Assembly: GCA_002328165.1 (NCBI GenBank)
Contig: DCWS01000032.1
Location: forward strand, 1,673 to 65,672
DNA from: Desulfobacteraceae bacterium UBA2156
GTDB taxonomy: Bacteria; Desulfobacterota; Desulfobacteria; Desulfobacterales; UBA2156
Direction: 5' to 3'
Length of the DNA: 64,000 nucleotides
A program made the position numbers and the translations under genes. How positions within the stretch are numbered: position 1 is the first letter of the stretch; every line of letters begins with the position of its first letter. Below are positions 29,240 to 38,661 of this stretch, one piece after another. Under the pieces are notes generated by a model. That model saw only the letters and a list, made by a program, of their open reading frames with translations, made no database searches and was not told the origin of the DNA.

Positions 29240-30433
29240 TTAGTTGGGTCGCCAATGCCGAAGGCCCAGAAATAGTGAAATCAGTCCCAGACCACTGATG
29301 AATGCCGATGCCATGGCCGTGGCCATAATTCCGCCGGTCCCCCAAACCACGCCGCCGATCAGGGCGCCGCATACTCGTCCGATGCTCGATGCGGCAAAAA
29401 AGCCCGACATCATTGTGGCCCTGGCCTGTGGCAGAAACTCGGTGAAAAGGGACATTGAAGTGACAACGGTAAACTCAAATGTTAAATAGACAAGGAACAA
29501 TCCACCCAGCGCAAATGAAAGGCTGTATCCCAGATACGGCAGTGCCGCATAGCTGGCTCCGGACAAAACAAGACCTACCAAAACAGACCGTGTTAGCTTA
29601 AAACGGTCGGCAAGAGATGCTGTCAAACCATCGCCAAGGAGCTCTGCCACACCGACAATCGTGGTCGCAATCCCCAAATCCACGATACCCAGTTGAAACC
29701 TCTGTTCCAGCCACACCCCATATACCACAAAGAGATTATCGTTGGCAGCAGCGATAAAAAAGGCAAAGCAGAGGGCGCCCAGGGCAGATCTTTTCAGGCC
29801 CAGCTGCCGCCATGATTGAAAAAGATGAAGCGGCTGAGGATGTGCCGCGGAACTTTTTTGAGTTTCGAAAGTCAACATACCTAATCCAACGATGCTGAGC
29901 ACCCCCAATCCACCTAGAACAAGGAAAGGAGAACGCCACCCGAAATGCCCAATGAGCAGACCGATCAGAGGAATCCCGGCGAGGGAGCTTCCGGCCCAGC
30001 TGATTTCAACGATACCGATGACCATACCGCGGCGCTCGTATGGAATCTGGCTTCCCACATACGCCTGCAAGGCCGGATCAAATATTGTTTTCCCCAGACC
30101 CGCTAAAAAAAAGGCCATTAAAATCGATCCATAAAAAGGGAAAACCCCGCCGGTCACCATGCCTATGGTCAATAAACTCAACCCGGCCAACATCATCGAT
30201 CTGTATCCCCAGCGATCACCCAGAGGACCAAACACCAAACCCAAAACCCCGGTAACCTGGTTGATGGCGATCAACGAGGTGACCGCCGTCAACGAGATGC
30301 CCATCCCCCGGCTCAGGGCAGGTGCAAACGGGTACGCAAAACGGCGGGCGGTGTTGAGGAATAGACGACTCAATGCAGCAACGCCTATTTGCCAGAATAT
30401 GCGTGAAGCTGTTCTGTCTTGAGAATAGGTCAT
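29240..30433 (-). CDS. MFS transporter
   Basis: About 12 hydrophobic segments, GPLGDRWGYR motif A, HFGWR. Confidence 0.92.
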   Translation of the reverse strand: MTYSQDRTASRIFWQIGVAALSRLFLNTARRFAYPFAPALSRGMGISLTAVTSLIAINQVTGVLGLVFGPLGDRWGYRSMMLAGLSLLTIGMVTGGVFPFYGSILMAFFLAGLGKTIFDPALQAYVGSQIPYERRGMVIGIVEISWAGSSLAGIPLIGLLIGHFGWRSPFLVLGGLGVLSIVGLGMLTFETQKSSAAHPQPLHLFQSWRQLGLKRSALGALCFAFFIAAANDNLFVVYGVWLEQRFQLGIVDLGIATTIVGVAELLGDGLTASLADRFKLTRSVLVGLVLSGASYAALPYLGYSLSFALGGLFLVYLTFEFTVVTSMSLFTEFLPQARATMMSGFFAASSIGRVCGALIGGVVWGTGGIMATAMASAFISGLGLISLFLGLRHWRPN

Positions 30434-30770
30434 CGGCTTTTTAAAGTTAAAAGGATGTTATAGTCCAAACGAAATTTCCGAGTGTCTTTAACGGTTTGCA
30501 GTGTCTAATTTTAAAGAAAAAACCAAAACTTAATTATTGGGCAAATGATAGTAAGGAATCGAAGGGTTTGCGTCAAGCACCATTATAATCCAGGTGGCTG
30601 ATAAAACGTTTGGTGATGAGAAAGCCGATCGATTTATTTTTCTCATAAATGATGTGAAAATGGATCGGTTGTTGGACTGAAATAATATTTGCGCATCTGA
30701 AATAAAAAAATTAACATAAGATTTTTCTTTTCACTTTTTGGAAAGCGCATCACCATTAGGGAGGAAACCA

Positions 30771-31193
30771 ATGGACCAGGCAGTTAGAGAAGCGATCTAT
30801 CGATCGGTGGAAAAGGAGTCGTTTGCCAGGAAGTTGAGCATGAAACTGGTCGAACTGGAGGACCGGTATTCAGCCGTGGAAATGACCTACGACCCGAAGA
30901 CCATGGGAAATATCTATGATCGCGCTCACGGGGGCGTCATTTTTTCGCTGATCGATGAGGCATTCGAAACCGTTGGGCAGGCGGATGGAACCGTGGGTGT
31001 GGCAATGAATGTCAGTGTGACCTATGTTTCCAGCCCTGATAAGGAGACTGTTTTGCGTGCCGAGGCAAAGGAGATCAGCAGGACACGAAAGACCGCAGGC
31101 TATGCCATCGTGGTTAAAGATCAGGAGAAAAACTTGATTGCAACATGCCAGGCCCTGCTTTACCGTACAGGAAAAAAAATCCCTTTCCTTTAA
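30771..31193 (+). CDS. PaaI/PaaD-like hotdog thioesterase
   Basis: N....AHGGVIFSLIDEAF, IATCQAL.YR. Confidence 0.9.
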   Translation: MDQAVREAIYRSVEKESFARKLSMKLVELEDRYSAVEMTYDPKTMGNIYDRAHGGVIFSLIDEAFETVGQADGTVGVAMNVSVTYVSSPDKETVLRAEAKEISRTRKTAGYAIVVKDQEKNLIATCQALLYRTGKKIPFL

Positions 31194-31282
31194 AAAAGAC
31201 AAAAGGTGTTTACCGGATTGGACAGACTCTTTATGAGGGATGGACGTCAAGGGGTGCAAATGTATGCCTTGTCAGATTGAAT

Positions 31283-32935
31283 ATGAAAAAGAAACCGATT
31301 TGTATAAAAGCCGTATTGTTCGATTTCGACGGGACACTGACTCAATCGGGCACCCTCGATTTTGGTGTTATCAGGGCGGCGATCGATTGCCCGAAAAACA
31401 GACCGATTTTGGAATTCATAAAAACCCTGGCGACAAAGCACCAGCAGGAAGATGCACTCGCTGTGCTGGAACATTTTGAAGCCGAAGCCGCTACAAAATC
31501 AAAGCCAAATCCGGGTGCCGAAGAGCTGATTCAGTATTTGAGAGCAACAGGCGTTCCGATCGGCATCATAACACGCAACAGCCTTCGGTCCGTAAAACAG
31601 GCCCTGAATAATTTCCAGCATATTGGTTTGGAAGATTTTGAACTGGTGATCACAAGAGATGATCCGGTTGCCCCCAAACCGAACCCGGAAGGAATTTTGC
31701 TGGCGGCCCGAAGGTTCGATGTCGACGTTGCGCATCTGCTTGTCGTAGGAGATTTTATATATGATATCCAGGCCGGCAACAGCGCGGGTGCGGTAACCGT
31801 TCTCCTTAGCAACCCCGGCGGAACCCCGCCCCCTGATTGCGAAAGCGATTACACCATCTCCCATCTGGAAGAATTGAAAAGAATCGTACGGTTGGCCCGG
31901 CCACTTCGTTCAGGCAAATTGCCGAATGAGCTTTTGGCGGAATTTATCGAAAGATTTTCGTTTGATGACCCGTCGGTTCTGATCCATCCCGGTATAGGGG
32001 AAGATATTGCCGCGGTAAATGTTGAAGAAGAAGAAGTTCTTGTCCTCAAGTCCGACCCGATTACGTTTACCACCGATTTGATCGGGCATTATGCGGTTTT
32101 GATCAATGCAAACGACATCTCCACTTCCGGGGCAACGCCCAGGTGGTTTTTAACAACACTTCTTTTCCCTTGCAATGTTACTGCGTTGGAGATTCGACAG
32201 GTGATGCATGAACTTAAAACAGCCTGTCAGCAATGGGGTATCAGTTTATGCGGCGGCCATACCGAGATCACCGATGCCGTTACCCGGCCGGTGGTCACGG
32301 GGATGCTGGTCGGAACAGTTTCAAAAACTAACCTCATTGAAAAGCGAAATATCAAACCCGGGGACAGGGTGCTGTTTACCAAATCTGTGGCGGTGGAGGG
32401 GACAGCTATCATTGCCGGGGAAATGGGGGACCGGTTGAGGAACCTGGGTCTTGAAGACGACGAAATAGACCGATTTCGAGCATTTCGTTCTAAAATCGGT
32501 ATTATTGACGAAGCACAAATCGCCGGTCGCTCCCTGGGCGTAAGTGCCATGCATGATGTCACGGAGGGCGGTCTGGCGACCGCACTTGAAGAGCTGAGTA
32601 TTTCAGGGCGTCACAAAATCAGAATCGACATGGATAACATCCCGATATACCCGGAAACCAAAAAAATTTGTCAGATGCTCGGTATAAAACCGCTCGGTCT
32701 CATCGGATCAGGGAGCCTTCTGATTTGCTGCCGGGAAAAAATTTCTAAAAAGCTCATGGCCGGTATTATTAAAGCTGGAATCGATGTCACCTGCATTGGT
32801 GAAGTGATGGAAAAAGGAGCCGGCATAGAAGCTGTATCCCGGGGAAAACCGGTAGAGTGGCCCAAGTTTGAGGTGGATGAAATTGCCCGCCTGTTTGGCC
32901 TGGAAAAAGCACGCCCATGGGCGGTGAAGCCGTAA
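31283..32935 (+). CDS. HAD hydrolase fused to an AIR-synthase/HypE-like domain
   Basis: FDFDGTL, ITRN, PKP.PEG, VGD...D, then GKLP, PGIGED.A, DPITF, NAND, GGHTE, MHDVTEGG. Confidence 0.88.
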   Translation: MKKKPICIKAVLFDFDGTLTQSGTLDFGVIRAAIDCPKNRPILEFIKTLATKHQQEDALAVLEHFEAEAATKSKPNPGAEELIQYLRATGVPIGIITRNSLRSVKQALNNFQHIGLEDFELVITRDDPVAPKPNPEGILLAARRFDVDVAHLLVVGDFIYDIQAGNSAGAVTVLLSNPGGTPPPDCESDYTISHLEELKRIVRLARPLRSGKLPNELLAEFIERFSFDDPSVLIHPGIGEDIAAVNVEEEEVLVLKSDPITFTTDLIGHYAVLINANDISTSGATPRWFLTTLLFPCNVTALEIRQVMHELKTACQQWGISLCGGHTEITDAVTRPVVTGMLVGTVSKTNLIEKRNIKPGDRVLFTKSVAVEGTAIIAGEMGDRLRNLGLEDDEIDRFRAFRSKIGIIDEAQIAGRSLGVSAMHDVTEGGLATALEELSISGRHKIRIDMDNIPIYPETKKICQMLGIKPLGLIGSGSLLICCREKISKKLMAGIIKAGIDVTCIGEVMEKGAGIEAVSRGKPVEWPKFEVDEIARLFGLEKARPWAVKP

Positions 32936-33115
32936 TCCGCTTCGACGGACCGCAGGGTTCTTCAATAGAGCTGACAGGCAAGGATCAAACGTAAATTTGT
33001 GACGTTAAATTTTTGCCTCGTGAAATGCAGCGCATATTTCACCACAGTCCCGTGCGCTACTTTACAAGAAAAGATAAACCCGTTCTTAAATGCTATCAAC
33101 GGTTGGAGATTTAGA

Positions 33116-34336
33116 ATGGCACGCGTATTGGAAAATGTAGGAAAGGAACTCCTTAAAAAGAGCAAGATTTCCGTATCGGATTTCAGAACGGCTGAGACAG
33201 CTGAGGATGCCCGTCAATTCGCAGACGATATTGGATATCCGGTGGTAATCAAGGCGCTGGTGGCTGTAGGTAAACGAGGAAAAGCCGGGGCGGTCCGATT
33301 TGCACAAAATGGAGCGGAAGCGGAAAAGAATGCGTGTGAGATTCTGAATATGACCGTGTGCAATTTTCCGGTTGAATTCCTGCTGGTTGAGAAAAAGCTG
33401 GATATTGCACAGGAACTATACATTTCCATAACATATGATTCTTCAGAAAAGATGCCGATCATCATCGCCAGCAGAGAGGGCGGTGTGGATATCGAAGACC
33501 TTGCGAACACTCAGCCGAACAGGATCATCAAGACTCCTGTACACACGATTGAGGGCTTTCACCAGTTTCAGGCAAAAGAGATCGCTTCGGCATTGGATTT
33601 GAAAGGAAAAGACCTGCAAAAAGCAACATCAGTTATTTGGCGCCTGTATAAGGTGTTTGACCAGTACGACGCTACGATTCTTGAAATAAACCCACTGGTC
33701 ATCACTGCCTCGGGTGAGATGGTCGCAGCAGCTATTTTGATGGCAGTAGACGATGACGGACTGTACAGACAGCCAACGCTTTCCCCTAAAGTGGAACCCG
33801 GCAGCGACCGCGCCTGGCGGCCCCTCACTGAACTGGAGAAAAAAATGGTTGCTGTTGACACCGCAGAGCCGTATCGCGGCACCGCACGATATACAGAAAT
33901 GGAGGGCGGAAACATCGGCTTTTTATGCGGTGGCGGCGGTGGCAGTCTTCTGGTTTATGATGCGCTGCTCCGATACGGCGGAAAGCCCGCCAATTATGCA
34001 GAATTCGGGGGCAATCCGACCCAGACCAAAGTATCCAGGCTTGTAAAAGGCGTGTTGTCAAAACCTGGCGTGGCAGGCTTTATCGTAGATACAAATATCA
34101 CGAACAATACCCAAACCGATGTGGTGGCCAAAGGGATTGTGCAGGCTTTTCAGGAGATGAATATTAATCCAGAGACGTTTCCGACCATTGTGAGGCTGGC
34201 GGGAATCAATGACACCCAGGCCAGGAAAATCTTCCGGGATGCAGGCGTCCCGTATTATATGGATGACATTACCATGGAAGCTGCGGCTCGCCTAATAGTC
34301 GAACAGATGGACAAAACATATCGACAAAAGGATTGA
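33116..34336 (+). CDS. Acyl-CoA synthetase (NDP-forming) beta-type subunit, SucC/citryl-CoA-synthetase-like
   Basis: GKRGKAGAV, ELYISI, EGGVDIE, LEINPL, GGGGGS, NYAEFGGNP. Confidence 0.85.
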   Translation: MARVLENVGKELLKKSKISVSDFRTAETAEDARQFADDIGYPVVIKALVAVGKRGKAGAVRFAQNGAEAEKNACEILNMTVCNFPVEFLLVEKKLDIAQELYISITYDSSEKMPIIIASREGGVDIEDLANTQPNRIIKTPVHTIEGFHQFQAKEIASALDLKGKDLQKATSVIWRLYKVFDQYDATILEINPLVITASGEMVAAAILMAVDDDGLYRQPTLSPKVEPGSDRAWRPLTELEKKMVAVDTAEPYRGTARYTEMEGGNIGFLCGGGGGSLLVYDALLRYGGKPANYAEFGGNPTQTKVSRLVKGVLSKPGVAGFIVDTNITNNTQTDVVAKGIVQAFQEMNINPETFPTIVRLAGINDTQARKIFRDAGVPYYMDDITMEAAARLIVEQMDKTYRQKD

Positions 34337-34340
34337 ATCA

Positions 34341-35246
34341 ATGGCCATATTGGTAGATAAGGATTCCAGAATTGCAATCCAGGGTATTACCGGCAGAGAA
34401 GCCTCAATGGTCACAAAACATGCCCTCGCTTATGGAACCAAAATTCTCGCCGGTGTGACACCAGGCAAAGAAGGGCAGAATGTGGAGGGGGTTCCCGTAT
34501 ACGATACATTAAAAAGTGCCTGTAAAAATCATGCTGTAAATACAGCTGTTGTCTATGTGCCACCGGCGTTCGCATGTGATGCTGTTTTGGAAGCGATCGG
34601 CAATGGCATTAAACTGGTCTTGATTATCACGGAACGTATTCCCCGCCGTGACGCGGCAAAATTTCTGTGTGCTGCAAAGCAGGCCAACGCAACGATCATA
34701 GGACCTAACTCCGTCGGCGTTCTTAACCCCGGTGACCGCATCAAGCTCGGCGCGATCGGCGGCGACAACGTTGAACGCTGTTTTGTCCCGGGCAGTGTGG
34801 GCGTGATTTCGAGGAGCGGGGGTATGACAGCCGAATGCTCCTGGATGGCGAAGCAGGCGGGATATGGCGTCAGCACAAGTGTCAGCAGCGGCGGAGATCC
34901 TCTCATCGGATCCCCGCCCAAGGACATTTTAAGCCTCTTTGAAAATGATCCCAAAACCAAGGCGGTCATCCTATGGGGGGAACCTGGTACCCGTTACGAA
35001 GAAGATGTGGCTGACTTCATCATGCAGGGCGGCTATACGAAACCGCTTATCGCCTATATTGCAGGGCGATTTGTTGAGAATATGCCCGAGGGAACGGTTT
35101 TCGGTCATGCTGCCTCGATCATCGAAGGCGCCGGCGGCAGACCTTCAATAAAGATGCAACGCCTGAAAGCAGCGGGTGCTCATGTGGCGGAGAACTTCAA
35201 CGATATTGGTGATATGCTCAAATCCGTTTTGGCAGAAGCGGTTTAG
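34341..35246 (+). CDS. Acyl-CoA synthetase alpha-type subunit, SucD-like
   Basis: QGITGREA, GVTPGK.G, IIGPNS.G, ISRSGG, FGHA phospho-His. Confidence 0.9.
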   Translation: MAILVDKDSRIAIQGITGREASMVTKHALAYGTKILAGVTPGKEGQNVEGVPVYDTLKSACKNHAVNTAVVYVPPAFACDAVLEAIGNGIKLVLIITERIPRRDAAKFLCAAKQANATIIGPNSVGVLNPGDRIKLGAIGGDNVERCFVPGSVGVISRSGGMTAECSWMAKQAGYGVSTSVSSGGDPLIGSPPKDILSLFENDPKTKAVILWGEPGTRYEEDVADFIMQGGYTKPLIAYIAGRFVENMPEGTVFGHAASIIEGAGGRPSIKMQRLKAAGAHVAENFNDIGDMLKSVLAEAV

Positions 35247-35343
35247 GAATCTTCATGTGTCGGATAAGAAAATTCTTCAAATTATGAAAACGAAACCTGA
35301 GTAAAAATATTTCCAGACGAGCGTGATACAAAAAAGGAGAATG

Positions 35344-36228
35344 ATGGAACCGTTAAGAACAATTCTTTTCGCCCCCGGAAATCGGCCTGACCGCGCCGAG
35401 AAGGCGATCGGTTTGGATGCGGATGCGGTGGTTTTCGATTTAGAAGATGCTGTTCCGATAGCTGAGAAAGAGTCGAGTCGCTTGGTGGTTAAAACGCTGT
35501 TGGACGGACACCCCGGTAAACGGATGTATGTGAGGATTAACGCCCTTTCAACACCCTACGCCAAGGACGATTTGGCAGCCATTGAATCTAAAAATCTAAA
35601 TGGTATTATGCTTCCAAAGGTGGAAAGTACCGAAGATGTTTTTGAAATCGATAGACGTTTAAGTAAGGTGGAAACGCGCAATGGATTGCAAATAGGCGGT
35701 TTAGAGATTATTTCCATTTGTGAAACGGCAAAAGGCCTTGAGGAGATTTATCCTATTCTTTCTGCGAAACCGGCGCGCCATCGTATATCGGTCGCGGCTT
35801 TTGGTGCGGCCGATTACACTCTGGATCTGGGCATCCGTTTAACCCGGGAAGGGCGAGAACTGGAGTATGCCCGAACGCGTCTGCCGATTGCGTCACGCGC
35901 CGCCGGTATTGCACCGCCTCTGGATACGCCCTGGATGGTTGACTTGAAGGACATTGATGGGTTGATTGCAGATGCGAAGACCGCGAAGGCCTATGGTTTT
36001 CAGGGAAAAATTGTGATTCATCCCAATCAAATCCGACCGTGTAACGACATTTTTACGCCGTCCGAAGCGGAGGTTCTTCAGGCAAAACGGGTTATCGATA
36101 TTTTTGAATCGTCTGAAAAAAAAGGCATGGCAGCCATTCTGCTCGACGGAAAATTCATCGATTATCCGGTCGTAGAGAAATCAAAAAGAATACTTGCCCT
36201 TGCCAGGTCGATCGCCGAAAAGTTCTGA
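35344..36228 (+). CDS. CitE/malyl-CoA lyase-family CoA-ester lyase
   Basis: LFAPGN, DLEDAVP, YVRIN, LPKVE, ETA.G, GF.GK..IHPNQI, DGKFIDYP. Confidence 0.9.
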   Translation: MEPLRTILFAPGNRPDRAEKAIGLDADAVVFDLEDAVPIAEKESSRLVVKTLLDGHPGKRMYVRINALSTPYAKDDLAAIESKNLNGIMLPKVESTEDVFEIDRRLSKVETRNGLQIGGLEIISICETAKGLEEIYPILSAKPARHRISVAAFGAADYTLDLGIRLTREGRELEYARTRLPIASRAAGIAPPLDTPWMVDLKDIDGLIADAKTAKAYGFQGKIVIHPNQIRPCNDIFTPSEAEVLQAKRVIDIFESSEKKGMAAILLDGKFIDYPVVEKSKRILALARSIAEKF

Positions 36229-36439
36229 GAACCACTACCGGGCGCTTTGCGGAAAAATGATCTTCCTCTTTACTCTTTTTTAGGGAAATGACGGTATGGA
36301 AAAAAGCGTAATTGCCGTACCTGTGAAAACAATCGAAAGATCCATATTTTTAATACGCTTCGCGTTTTGTTGCACACCCCAGATAAACAGAAGAAATCAA
36401 CAGGGTTTAACAGGGCAAGAACTTCACTAGCTAAATCTT

Positions 36440-36949
36440 GACCTCCCCAGCCGCAGCCGATATCCAGGATCCGCATGTCTTCTTCGGGCATCAGTTTGCG
36501 ACAGGTCAAATCGAGCTTGGCCTCCTGGGCAGCGTCGAGGTTTTCGGCTTGCTGCCAGTATGCACAGGAGTAGTTCATTTGCCGATCCAACATGACGGTG
36601 AAAAGGTCGTTTCCGATATCGTAATGCCGTCGACCGATTTCAATTGCTTTTCTCCGGGATGTTTTTTGAAGTAACTTAAGTTTCAACACATCCCTCAAAG
36701 CCGCCCGGGACGCCCGCACCTTTCTGTCCAGGCGAGCCCCATGACGCGATAAAAGAATTGGTCCAGAGCCACGCAATCCCACCAGCCATCCATGTAGCCT
36801 TCTCCCAGAGCCAACGATCCTCCGGCCAATACCCCAGGATAAAAATCGGGGTTATGGACGTGAATGTCAAAAGGTTCTGTACCGTCAATTTTTATTCAGG
36901 CGGGTTCTAACAGCTCTTGAATGAAGCGTTTTCATCTAGAATTTTTCAT
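36440..36949 (-). pseudogene. cfa: Cyclopropane fatty acyl phospholipid synthase remnant
   Basis: GSLALGEGYMDGWWDC, HYDIGNDLF, YSCAYW, LDIGCGWGG; two early TGAs, a frameshift and 3' truncation. Confidence 0.88.
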
Positions 36950-37396
36950 TCACCCGGCTCCTTTCGGATTTGAAAGGAAGAGATCGATTTTTGAAAATGC
37001 AGAGTATACAATTTATCCGGTGGGTGAGATCTTGTCAAAGATAAAATAATTGGCGCTCATTTAGCCCTTTTAAACCATGGGATGTAAGGGATGTGTTTAA
37101 AAATATAAGTTTCTCGATAGCTACGCTTTATACGGCTAATTCTATATTGGTACGAATAGTATAATTTAATTTCCCGGTTTTTCCCATGTCTTACCCATGG
37201 GTAGAGCGCAGACTGTGGCAAGGAGTTATATTAAAAAAGAATCCTTTTTTATTTAATTTTTGACTTAAATCAATGAAATCATTTGGCAAATCGGTATTGT
37301 CATTAAAAATTGAATATCAGTACCTGGTTTTGAACACGTATAAATGCTCGTAAAAGAAAAAGAGATGAACCGATGGATTAAGAATAGGGGAAAAAA

Positions 37397-38404
37397 ATGA
37401 ATAATAAAGATGAGATAAAAACAATCGATCCACGCGGGCTTGAGCACCATGAAAAAGAAAAGTTGATTTTCCCAAGTATTGAGGATCTTAGCAAGGGGGA
37501 TTCGCTGAGAATTGTAATGGAGTTTAACCCAGTACCTTTGGTTTACCTGTTGAAAACCCGTGGTGAGTTCGAGGTTTTTTATGAAAAAGACGGACCGGAT
37601 GAGTGGATTTTGGTGGTAAAAAGGATTGCCGCTGAAGAAATGAAAAAAGAAAAACTGGAGGCACTGGTACAGAAATTAAAAAGTGGAAACATTTCTGAAG
37701 AGACCAAAGCCCGGACGAAGGAACTCTTCCAGGCCGCTGACGCCAAATCGATAGGGGAGATGGAACAAAAACTAATAAAACAGGGGATTCCCCGTGAGAC
37801 GATCCTGGGCAATCTGTGCGATATCCATCTGGAAATCTTAAGAGACAAGCTCGTGGACCAAAAAGTTGAAGTAGAATCACCCCACCCGGTACATTCCTTC
37901 ATGGAAGAACACAAGGTCATTCTTGAGAGTTTGAGTGCGCTAAAAACAACTCTAGACAAACTAAGGAAAGCCAAAAGTTTTAAGAAATTTGGTCCTGGAC
38001 TGGAAAAATTAAGGGACAGCGCCCACCACCTGGTGGAAGCAGAAAGTCATCATCAGAGAGAGGAAGAATCTTTATTTACAAAATTGGAAGACCATGACAT
38101 CACAGAACCGGTTGCGGTCATGAAGTCAGACCATGTGGAGTTTCGAGAAAGAAAGCAGGCTTTGTATCAACTCGCCTACAACCCTAAAGATTATGATTTT
38201 GAATCGTTTAAGACTAGATGTGTTGAATTGGGAGAGTACCTGGTGGAGGAACTCGAAAGCCATATTTTTAAGGAAGACAACATTATCTACCAGGTCGCCC
38301 TGCAGACATTGAGCGAAAAAGAGTGGGAGGTTGTGAAGAGAGAATGTGACAAGATTGGATACTGCTGCTTCACGCCACAGGATCAAATCGAAAAATCAGA
38401 CTGA
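37397..38404 (+). CDS. DUF2249/DUF438-like hemerythrin-domain protein
   Basis: IDPR...PVPL N-domain, LCDIH, HPVH.FM.EH, HH.REE..LF, HIFKEDNI, IGYCC. Confidence 0.82.
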   Translation: MNNKDEIKTIDPRGLEHHEKEKLIFPSIEDLSKGDSLRIVMEFNPVPLVYLLKTRGEFEVFYEKDGPDEWILVVKRIAAEEMKKEKLEALVQKLKSGNISEETKARTKELFQAADAKSIGEMEQKLIKQGIPRETILGNLCDIHLEILRDKLVDQKVEVESPHPVHSFMEEHKVILESLSALKTTLDKLRKAKSFKKFGPGLEKLRDSAHHLVEAESHHQREEESLFTKLEDHDITEPVAVMKSDHVEFRERKQALYQLAYNPKDYDFESFKTRCVELGEYLVEELESHIFKEDNIIYQVALQTLSEKEWEVVKRECDKIGYCCFTPQDQIEKSD

Positions 38405-38661
38405 CCCAGCTCTCGACGAAATCGATATCGCCTTTGCCCTGATTCTGATTCAATTGGGTTTTATGGAACATCCATTGGAATATTATTTGATAACCGATTG
38501 GGATGAAGACAACAGGGTCGCGGTTCACTTTTGACATGCATAGATGTTTAGTGAAGAATGAAGACCTGCCCCCGCGTTGTTCTGATCCATATGGCTCTGG
38601 ATTGGCTTGACTGTCTCTGGATATCTATGGAATAGAAGCATTTTTCTTTGATCAGCCTCTG

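Noticed and set aside
36896..36934. Two TGAs in the cfa 5' end as recoding
   Set aside because: The gene is also frameshifted and truncated
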